A DNA stretch of 52,778 bases from Hydrurus foetidus (taxonomy: Eukaryota), in contig UYFQ01000090.1 of NCBI GenBank assembly GCA_900617105.1, positions 1 through 52,778 on the forward strand, written 5' to 3'. The notes beneath the pieces are model-generated. The model was not told the DNA's origin, searched no databases, and saw nothing but the letters and a program-made list of their open reading frames with translations. A program made the position numbers and the translations under genes. This document shows, one piece after another, positions 43,276-52,778 of the stretch. The first letter of the stretch is position 1; every line of letters begins with the position of its first letter.

Positions 43276-43951
43276 AAGAATGGTCTGTAAATATATGGAT
43301 AGAAAAAGGGGGTGTAACAATTTGTTACACTACGAATGAAAAAGAACTGCCGTAATTTACGGCACTACAAATGAAATAGTGTAATGAATTAGATGGTATT
43401 TAAGATAAAAAGTGAGGAGTGAGGAGTGAGGACTTGTTTTAAAGTCGTATAGAGGAGTTGAAACAAACATTTAAAAAAAGAAAAAGTTTGTTTGAACTAT
43501 ATTAAATAACATTTTTTAAGGTCCTCACTCATCACTCCTCACTTTTAATCTTAAATAGCATCTAATAACTTATGTATTTATTTATCCCCTGCGAGAGTAA
43601 AAAAACGTGATTTTGCTTACTTTTAATGGCATTTTTTGGCGTTTTTACGAGAAAATGTAAGAGAAATATGATACAAAAAAATGACTGCTAAAATGGTGTC
43701 AAGATATTATGATTTAGAAGAGACATAAAAATGATATTGTGAGAAAAAAAGAGAAAAATGAAGGAGTATTTTCACTGCTAAAATGGAGTAAATATACAAC
43801 ATGTAAAATATTATAAAATAGAGGCGTTATAATTATAACGTAAGAAAAGGGTATAAAAACGTTACATTTTCTCGTAAAAACGCCAAAAAATGCCATTAAA
43901 AGTAAGCAAAATCACGTTTTTTTACTCTCACAGGGGATAAATAAATACATA
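43206..43951. repeat. right composite terminal inverted repeat of the PLV
   Basis: Contains the MCP 3' end, the AGTGAGG cassette (43388-43567) and the fold-back module (43571-43951). Confidence 0.92.
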
Positions 43952-46900
43952 GGAGCGGGAGCGAGGGAAAAGAAGCTGGGAGAGCTATTGCTATGGAAAC
44001 AATGTGGTTAGCTTACAGATAAACACAGCAGGTATCATGGCAATGAATCGGGTGGATCGGATCGTCCTCGATCCGGTCCGAACGTACGCCTGTACCCGTA
44101 CAGCCCGTACGGGTGTGCGGGTCACAGTGCCCCCCTCTCTCTAAAGGGGTGTACTAAATGACAAAATTCATCATCAAAATACGAACTATGAGTAAGTAAC
44201 TAACTTATTGAATAACTATTTCAGACTAAGAACTGAAAGTTCCTTACTGAATAAACCTCCTTAAAATCCCTGAGGATCCAATTTAGGAGGAATCTTTATG
44301 ATTTAGTTAATCAATTTTTTTATTTTTGTTTTACCGGTTAACGGTAGTTTGCGATGAATTCGCGTGGTATTAAGTGTTTGAGGTTCTTTTTGATTAAGAA
44401 CTCATGTACTTTTTGCGCTTTACGCATGTGTGTCCACGGTTCCCATGTATTGTGTTCATGGGTGTAGTTGAGCCATTTCACATGAAATGTGAGTGATTTG
44501 TATGCTCTTATGTTTCCTTTCATTTCTAGGATTTCCTCTATGAAGAATTCTAGATAATCTCTACGAGCAATGTCAGTTGGATCGACATGCGTAGGATCAA
44601 AGTGAAACGGTTTTAGTTGGGTCATGTGGTACAACTTTTCTTTGTGTGTTACCAGATCGAGTAATGTATACTCTGCGAAGTTATGGCTGACAACTCGCAT
44701 TGGGCCGCGCCACAGTGTGTGCATGCGCGTTTCTGGTGATGTTCTTTGTTGGACAAGTACAAATGTGTCGACCCGAACTGTGTGACGTTGGGAAGTTGTT
44801 GTGCATTGTGCAAGTCGTCGGATTCTTTGAGTAGACGTGCGGTGATTTCGATGAGTTCATCTTGCAACGTTAACATTTTATCAGTTGACCGTGTGAGTGA
44901 GTCGAAATCTAAATCAATTTCATCTCTCGGAAGGAGGATGTTTGCGTCGAGGTCGATCGCGTTGCCATAGATGAGTTGTGCTGGAGACACTTTCATCCGG
45001 TCATTTACGGTTGAATTTAGTATTCTTTGTACAAACGGTAATATTTCCGCGTAGTTTTCCGTAGTTGCCCGTTCGTATGCGTACGCGGTTATATGGCGAT
45101 TGATTTCTTTGTTGATTCGCTCGACGATAGCGTTTTCTTCTGAACAGTATGGTAATATTTTGTTGTGTGTTGTTCCAACAATTTTCACAAACTCATCTAT
45201 GATGTGGCTTGCGAAGTGGGGTCCATTATCTGATCGAAGTATACATGGTGAGCCGTAGCGTCCCACGTGTTCTACAAGTGCTGTGCACGCTGATTTGGCT
45301 GTTGCATCAGGTGTTGCGTAGAGTTCGACAAACCTCGAGAAGGTGTCGATCATAACAAGGATATATCCTTTATCGGGAAATGGACCAATGAAGTCTATGT
45401 TAAGGCATTCCATTGGCTTGTATGTTGAGGTTGTGTACCGGTATGCGTTGATGGGATATTTCATTGCCGACATCTTTTGGCAACACGGACAATTTTTAAT
45501 GAATGTTTTTACTGCGTCACGCATTCCCAGCCATATGTTATTTGTTTTTTTAAATTACGCAGTGTGCGTTGTACACCACCATGTCCGACTATCGTGTTGT
45601 GGCACGTTGCAATTAGGTTATATTGCTCTGTCGTTATTGGTTTGTGTGTCAGAATTGCTGCTATTATTCCTGTTTTAGGAGGCATTCTGTTTAAACATAG
45701 GCGAGACATTGCGTCAGCAATTTCATTTTGTTTTCCCGGGATGTACCCTATCGTATATTCTAGTTCCTGCAGGGCCATACGCCATCTGCCGACCATCTCG
45801 TTTTTATCCTTTTCTAGGAACGTAAGATTTTTGTGGTCTGTTAGGATTGTGAATTTACGGTCTCGCAGCAGTGCGTCGAGATAAGTACAGCAATAATATA
45901 GCGCGAAGGCTTCTTTTTGTATTACTGACCATTTCAGTTGAGTCTTGGTAAGAGACTTGCTTACGAGAGCGACGAGTTGTTTTCTCCGTCGACTTCTTGA
46001 TACAAATAGCCGCCGATCCCGTAATCTGACGCATCGGTCATGAGGGTAATGGGCGCTGTATCGTGTATGAAATATAATAAAGGACTCTTTGCAATTAGAT
46101 CTTTTATCTTTTGAAAAGAATTTGCGGCGTCATCTGTCCAGATTAGCATTGATTGCTTTTTCGCGGCGTGATCTATAATTTTGTGCAGTGGTGCTACCAC
46201 GTTGGAGTGATTTGGTACATGATCCCGAAAATAATTGGTGAGTCCGAGGAACGATCTAAGTTCAGTCGTCTTTCGTGGCATAGGAAAGTCGGTCACACCT
46301 CTTATTTTTTTGGAACTCATAGTTATACCTTCTTTAGATATTTGTCTACCGACATATTCAACTATTCGCACATTTAGCTTTAGCTTTGCGGCTTTTAGTG
46401 AAATGTTTTTGTTTTCTAGGCGTTTGATCAATCGCTCGCAGAATTGATCAAATCCATTACCATAAACGATGATGTCGTCGAGGTATACTTCACAGATTTG
46501 GTATATTAGTCCTAAAAGGACTATTGAGGCCATCATTTCTTGGAAATATGAGGGGGCTCTTTTGGGTCCGAAAGGTAGTCGGGTAAAGTGGTAGATGCCC
46601 ATAAATGTTATGAAAGCTGTATACACACGTGTACTTAGTGTTAACGGTGCTTGGTGATATCCTGCTGTGAGGTCTATTACACCGAATGTGTCTGCTTTTT
46701 GTGAACCTAATCTTGCTAACATTTGTTTAATATTAGGGATTGGCCAGCTTGCTGATTCCGTTGCGTCGTTGAGGTGACGATAGTCGATACAGAATCGGTA
46801 TGAACCGTCTGGCTTTGCCGCGAGTGTTACTTGCGAATAGTATGATGCCTCTGATTTGACTATTATACCCTGTTCAAGCATAGTTTCAACTTGTTTTCGG

Positions 46901-48424
46901 ATTTCGACTTGTTTTCGTGTAGACGTTGGTCGTGGTGCTACGCGGTTTTTGAAAACTTTCCACTCTGGATCCCGTACGGGTAGTCCAAAGGGGGGGAATT
47001 CGCGCGGGCTCTGGTCCGAGTTTGTTGTTGAATAGCTTTATGTGTTTGACACAAATTGCTCTAATTTTTGCTTGTTGTTCAGGGGTACCATCGATTTGTA
47101 TTAGATCGATGAGGTACATTTTGTCCTCTGTTGGATTGTCTTGGAAAGGAGCGAAGGTATCCTTCGACTTGTAGTCAATCTCTTCGGGTCCGAAGGGTTG
47201 AACCTCTGGGAGTTCTTCACGCTCCCGGAGTAGAGCAGCAACTAAACCACGTGTTTGGGCTGGTGCCTTGGATGAGGGAGTAGGAGTAGCTAATTCCGGG
47301 CTCCTGTCGGTTGTTACACCTAAATCATTTTGTCGGGGAGGTGACAACAAAACTGCTGCCTCGACCGTAGAGTGCAAAATGAACTCATCAGAATCTAGCC
47401 TAGCCGCTGCCGCAGCTAAGCTAGTGGGACACCCACATGAAGGAGTGCATGTCTTGCTTGTACAAGCACCTCGAGCCACCAGGTCGTCTTGCCATCGACT
47501 GTCTGTGTCTGAGGGTTTTATCCCCTCTCGGCTAGTTATAACCGGAGGTAAGGTTGGACTTGTAATACTCGTAACTGTGTCCGACTCTGTATCTAACATG
47601 AGTGGAACATCCACGTGGTCTAATACCATGTTTGTGGATTGATTCAGTTTTTGTAATGAGTGAATTTTTTCATTTTGGATATTTTCCGGAGATTGGAAGA
47701 ATTCCGGAATGATTTTAACCAAATTTAGTTTTTTTATGGTCTCCAATCCTAAGATTAGGTCGACTTTGGAATCTTCTGCAATTCGCACCGGAAGAGAAAA
47801 AGTGTATTTTAAACCGTTTTTGTTAAATGATACAACAATATCAAGGACAGCAGTGGATTCAATACATTGATTATTTAGACCCGAACACATCCATATGGGA
47901 GAGTCGGTGGTGCGAAGTTGGGGTTCACCACGTAGGCCCCGAAGGACTCTACGATTGATTACGTCCCCAACTTGACATCCGGTGTCGATTTGGGCTAAGG
48001 CGGCCATGCCGTTATTTTGGTCCATAGCTGGAGGAAGATTTGGGTGGGGACCGGTCTCGATCGCGGCGATCTTTGTCTTTGTCCTTTTCCGCTTGGCGCG
48101 AGTCGTCTTTGCGGTTGGAGTCGCGGTCGCGGCTGTCAACTCGGTCGCCAAAGCGGTAGCCGGGGATTGGGTCTGAGGAAGATATATTGTTACTTGTAAG
48201 TAATCATCAATCTCGTTAGGTATGATTGTTGATAAAAGCATTTGCATGTTTGGCAAAATACGATTTTCTGAGATATTTTCCGCATACGGAATATTGGACT
48301 CACGTTTTCCTTTGTACCCGCGGTCTTTGATGTCGCGAGTATCGCGGTTTTCGTTGCGATCGGTGTCGCGATTGTCTTTGCGGTCGTTGTCGCGGTCCCA
48401 GTGCCCAGATCCTGGCAAGGCCAC
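43952..48424 (-). mobile_element. Ty3/gypsy chromovirus (family B), 5'-truncated: PR-RT-RH-IN-chromodomain, PPT and partial 3' LTR
   Basis: QIDTGC, YLDD, MTDASDYGIG, HHCC, LNIDFIGP/LRSDNG/IVER, FHVKWLNY..NTWEPW; PPT AGAGAGAGGGGGG; LTR starts TGTGACCCGCAC at 44126. Confidence 0.93.
44338..48424 (-). pseudogene. pol: gypsy pol with multiple frameshifts
   Basis: ORFs 46886-48424, 45961-46881, 45509-45796, 44649-45524 and 44338-44724 carry consecutive domains. Confidence 0.9.
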
Positions 48425-48426
48425 AT

Positions 48427-48948
48427 CATGATTATTTACGTCATAATAATATGACTAAATTAATTAATAAGCAACATAGATGACTTAATATATTTGAAAC
48501 TTTATCCATGAGGATTCTCTCCTATTTTTTATACCTACGGGTCTTTTTTGGAGAGTTTAGTCAGTAAAAGTCTGACATCATCGTTTCATCTATATCTCAT
48601 ATATATGTTTTACATATCTTTTCTTTTTTTTTTCCATTTTTTTTGTATATCATATCAAAGATCTTCAAAAAAGGAAGTAGGGGTTGTGTAGCCTTATTGC
48701 ATTCCTAAGGGGATACAATGTGTCTAGGTTAACTAGGTACAATAGGTATATTACGCTCAGATTCCACTTTTAGGTCTTAGTTCCACATATGACGTGAATG
48801 CACTTTAGCGTACACATCACTTGTATATACTCAACTGTAAGATACTAACACAAGTCTATTCCACCGACTGTCGCTTCCCTTGCCCGCCGCTTGCACTAAC
48901 CGTCCACCAACATCAGCTCCAACGTCCTAGGCCCCGCCCCAGACCACA
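48427..48948 (+). mobile_element. 3' tip of another chromovirus: chromodomain tail, 3' UTR, PPT and LTR (48685-48948)
   Basis: HDYLRHNNMTKLI* resembles HDYLRHNKMKHFI; PPT AAAAAAGGAAGTAGGGG followed by TGTG...CACA. Confidence 0.72.
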
Positions 48949-50520
48949 CCTTTACACGATGGACAGAATTGTTCTGGTGTGTAGATGCAGATGCTAAATC
49001 GGCAGCTGACTGTTTGCTTGCACATTTTGGTAGATTTGGTTCACCAAATATGATAAGATCTGGTCGAGGATCACATTTTGCAAACGGAATGATCAAAGAA
49101 TTCTTAGTTTGTGGAACACCACATAACCTCACCCTTGCTTACTCAAAACAAGAGAATGCAATTGAAAAAAGAGGTGAATAGACACCTAAGAGGTTCAGTT
49201 TTTGATAAACAAACCCTTTGGACAGATATGCTAAGTCAATCCCATTTGTGCAACGTATCATTAATAGTTCGGTTAATAGACGCACAGGTGTTTGTCCCGC
49301 TCATTTACTGTTCGGGAATACACTTGATTTGAATCGTGGTATTCCTACACCACACTTAAGTGTAGGTACACAATCAAGATCTACGTACATATCAGATTTG
49401 ATAAGTGCATAGGACAAAGTCCTTGATACTGCGGTGCAAGCTTTGTTAAAGGCGGATGCTAAAAACGCCGCGTCAGCCGAAACGGTGACTGTGTTCCCCG
49501 TAGGATTATATGTCTTATGTCGATACACTGATCGATCTCCAACTCGCTTACACACTAAGTGGCATGGCCCTTACTGTATTGTCTCCTTTAAGGGGTCCAA
49601 GTACGTTCTTGCAAATCTTGCAAACCACAAGAAACGAAGTGTTCACGTCAAAAATTTGAAAATATTCAATTATGACCCAGAGGTAGATGTACCTGCTGAT
49701 ACTGCTCGTCGCGATTACATGGAGTTCGTGGTTGAGAAAGTTCTGGGTCACGCTGGAGACACCAAGAAACCGAATACAATGTTGTTTTATGTTAAATGGC
49801 TCAACTACGATGACTCTCATAATACATGGGAGCCGTGGAAATCACTACGGCTCTGTGAAGCACTCCATGATTATTTGCGGCATAATAAAATGAAACATTT
49901 CATTCCCAAGTACCTTGAGACATCAGCCTAAGTTGCTGATCTCGAACGTATTATCTTTTGAAGATTTTTCCCAATTTTCCCTCGATGGAGGATTTATGGT
50001 TTTAGTCAGTAAAAATCTGACATAAGTACGTATCGAGGTCTCGTGCACAAGCACATGGTACAAGGCACCCATTTTATCTCCTAAGACCGACGCACCACCC
50101 TGTCTATTTGTATAGATTTTTAATTTGATCCATAATTCTTTTTTGAGATTTACAATTTGTTTTCCCATATTTTTATTTCATCTTCCTTAGTTAGTATTAG
50201 CATACGTAGATTTTTGTACAAAACGTTGTGGTCGCGTCATAGGTTCTTTTTCTTTGGGAAAAAAAAGATAAGTGGGGGAAATGTGATCGGATCGGCTATA
50301 CCGGGCCTACGGGCCGTACCGGACCTAGTCACGATTCATCCGATCCTACCGCCTACTGCACATATACATCTCTAGCACAGCTGCTAGCTAGCTCCAGTCT
50401 TCTCATAGAAGTTTACCCTAGCTTCTAGCTTAGCCTGTAACCTGACTACTGTCTTGTACCTCTATCGACCTACTTCTATTCGGACTACAACGCACAGCAC
50501 CAAATTGAGTTTCCTCTGGT
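48949..50520 (+). mobile_element. 3' part of a chromovirus: degenerate integrase, chromodomain, PPT and LTR from 50282
   Basis: FTRWTELF, FGSPNMIRS, KWHGPY, FYVKWLNYDDSHNTWEPW; PPT GGGAAAAAAAAGATAAGTGGGGGAAA followed by TGTGAT. The LTR end is uncertain. Confidence 0.85.
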
Positions 50521-51170
50521 GACAAGTATCAGTGATATGTGAGTGTTCTGATTCGAAAATTTTTATCCTTGGTCTCATTTTTTTGCAGAAGAAAGTTCAG
50601 AAAGGTGAAACAATCGAGTAGTCGGTTTGACTTGCCAATATTTCCATTTCCACTCGTGGCAGACGCGAGACATGACAAAATCATGATTCAACACAGACCA
50701 AATTAGTAGAATATCGATAAATACCCAAGATATTTGTTCGTTAACAATTTTTAAAACTTAATAATTTCAGAATGGTCAAAATTGAGGAGGCGGCTTCATT
50801 ACCTGTCGAGTATTGCAATTTTGGTTCCGATCATGGTTTCTAGAAAACCGAATGTCCAGCAATCGCCGGAGAAAATTGCTGAAAATCTGAATTCTTTGGA
50901 GTTTGGTCTGGAGGGAAGTTTTTACGTTACAGCAGTCGCATTACACCATGGGTTATTCATATTCAAGAGAGCTTTACAATTAATGGGGTTCTAAATAATC
51001 GAGATGCATAGGAAGGAAAAGCAATTGGTAGACTTTTTACACTGTCGAGTCTCTTTTTCGATGGAGTCTCCTTACCCCTAGATTATACAGAAGAAACTCT
51101 GAATAATATCGTTTTGGCGAATAGAGATCTTTTATTGTCGATGAGCAACTTGTTGTTGCATTGCACTCAC

Positions 51171-52778
51171 TGCAGCCTAGCACGTACGTTCACCGTACGC
51201 TTCGTACACGTTTGTATGTAATTCACGTATGTATATAATTCACGTACCCATAGTCTATTTTCATCCACATCACCTGTCCACTGGTAACGGACGCTCATCA
51301 GCATCAGCACCCTTGTAGCCTATCGTTTGTGTCTGTCGTTAGCTGCTTGCTCTCTTCTTTCACAAACTGTAACTAACCTAACAGTTTACCTAAGCATACC
51401 GTCTTTACCCGGATTCTTCGTACTCGAATCCGGCCGCGACTACAATATTAATATTGAGAGTTGTTAGACGAACTCTCGTTACTGGAGAGATAGATAGGCA
51501 CAAAAATCGCCGACATCCGACGACCATCTGGCACTGATCACCAGTATGGTTTCCAGCAACCGACGAAGACTTTCCAGGGCATCGGCCGTTTTCGACGGCT
51601 CCCCTGTCGATTTCTCAGGAAGCGCCATCAACCGACGCCGTCAACGAAATCGTCGCCAACAGCCAGGACGCTAGCGCAACGGGAGATTCCGACTCGGCAA
51701 ATCCTCCCTCGCTTCCAGAGCCATCTGTTGCTGCGACTGATGTCGCAGCCAATCTATCTTTCGCCTCTAATCCTTCCTCGAATTTGACCCCCGGCGTGGG
51801 AGGGGCAAACCCCTTGCAAAAATTTTTGCAGCCATTTTCCGCCCCATCTGGAGCTCTGCCAGCGGATCTAGCGATATCCCAAGCGGGCGAAGTCTCTGTT
51901 GAACATCAACAACTTCCCCAGCGAGTGGATGGAGTATCTTTGAAGCCGGCGCTTTCGCCACCAGCGCCATCATCACCATCATCTACGAGGACATCCGCCA
52001 CCGCCATCACCACCGCCATCACCGCCATCGCCGCCACCGACATCACTCCTGCACCTGTCATTGTGCGTGATGTTTTGCCTGCTTTGCCTGTGTTGCCCGT
52101 GTTATCTGCCGCAGTTTTGCCTGCAAACCCGGTGCAAATCAATTCTCTGTTGCCCACTTCAGACAGCAATGTCATGAACAGTAATGTTCATAGTGTGGCA
52201 ACTTTTGCTACCGTTGGTGGTGTTACTAACGATGTTGTTGTTCCAAACCTTGTTGCACGCTATCTACTACCTCATGAAAAGGTTAGAAAGCTCAGCAAGG
52301 TTCCAACTCATCTGGAAGTTTTAAGTATCATCAATGACCTTCGCAAGAATGGTTACCCCTATACGTTTCTTGACGTGGTACCATTAGACGTCGAGCAATC
52401 TCTTGAAACACTCCTGCAAAGGCAGTATTGCACTGCGAGAGCAATTCGCGACGAGTGCGAAGAGTGGAAGTCATGGACTACCGAGAGATTCTGCAAAGAA
52501 CTCCTCAAGGCAGTACCTGATGCGTCCATCGGTACACCTTTGGGTCAGGCATCGTTCCTCGAGCAAGTCTCATCGTTCAATTTCAGATTTGATTTGAACA
52601 ATATTGAGACTGACTCCTGTAACGATACCGCCCTTGGTGCATTGGTAGCAAATTTTTCCAGCACTACTGCTGAGGAACAGCTTAAGGCTGTTAAGATTCT
52701 AGAGCGTCAGTTGCCTACCCACCCCGTCAATTGGCAGCTCATCTTACGCCGCAAGGTGAACGGTGAGACTGTTCCAAC
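51171..52778 (+). mobile_element. 5' part of a family A LTR retrotransposon (LTR 51171-51444, gag-like ORF running off the window)
   Basis: Near-identical to the reverse complement of 6568-7939; 274 bp LTR. Confidence 0.82.

Larger units (their letters stand above)
25468..43951. mobile_element. endogenous Polinton-like virus (tyrosine recombinase, TVpol-SF3 helicase, ATPase, penton, MCP), partly decayed
   Basis: Long terminal inverted repeats; abrupt AT-rich, intronless, gene-dense block; virion morphogenesis gene set recognisable by motifs. Confidence 0.92.

Noticed and set aside
50520..51170. Possible host gene remnant
   Set aside because: Only short interrupted frames without recognisable motifs; it cannot be supported.
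6568..52490. Giant element bounded by 1.4 kb inverted repeats
   Set aside because: The repeats are two independent copies of an LTR retrotransposon 5' end pointing outward, one continuing past the window.

Overview
Eukaryotic (probably protist/stramenopile, by inference) repeat-dense region made almost entirely of nested, truncated mobile DNA. It holds two minus-strand Ty1/copia elements with unusual CCCH-finger gags, a copia RT/RNaseH tail with its LTR, several Ty3/gypsy chromovirus pieces and an endogenous CRESS-DNA virus Rep helicase fragment. The centrepiece is an ~18.5 kb AT-rich endogenous Polinton-like virus (PLV, ~25468-43951). It encodes a tyrosine recombinase (damaged), a TVpol-SF3 primase-helicase, an A32-type packaging ATPase, GIY-YIG nucleases, a fibre, penton-like proteins and a double-jelly-roll MCP with one nonsense codon. 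No pPolB or rve integrase was seen. Its termini are composite: a ~390 bp fold-back module with 87-90 bp internal inverted arms, then an iteron-like cassette that differs between the two ends, then a copy of the MCP 3' end. A second copy of the left iteron cassette lies right after the helicase gene. One penton-like paralogue appears split into two genes with a LamG domain attached. All family calls come from motif recognition by eye; no database searches were run.
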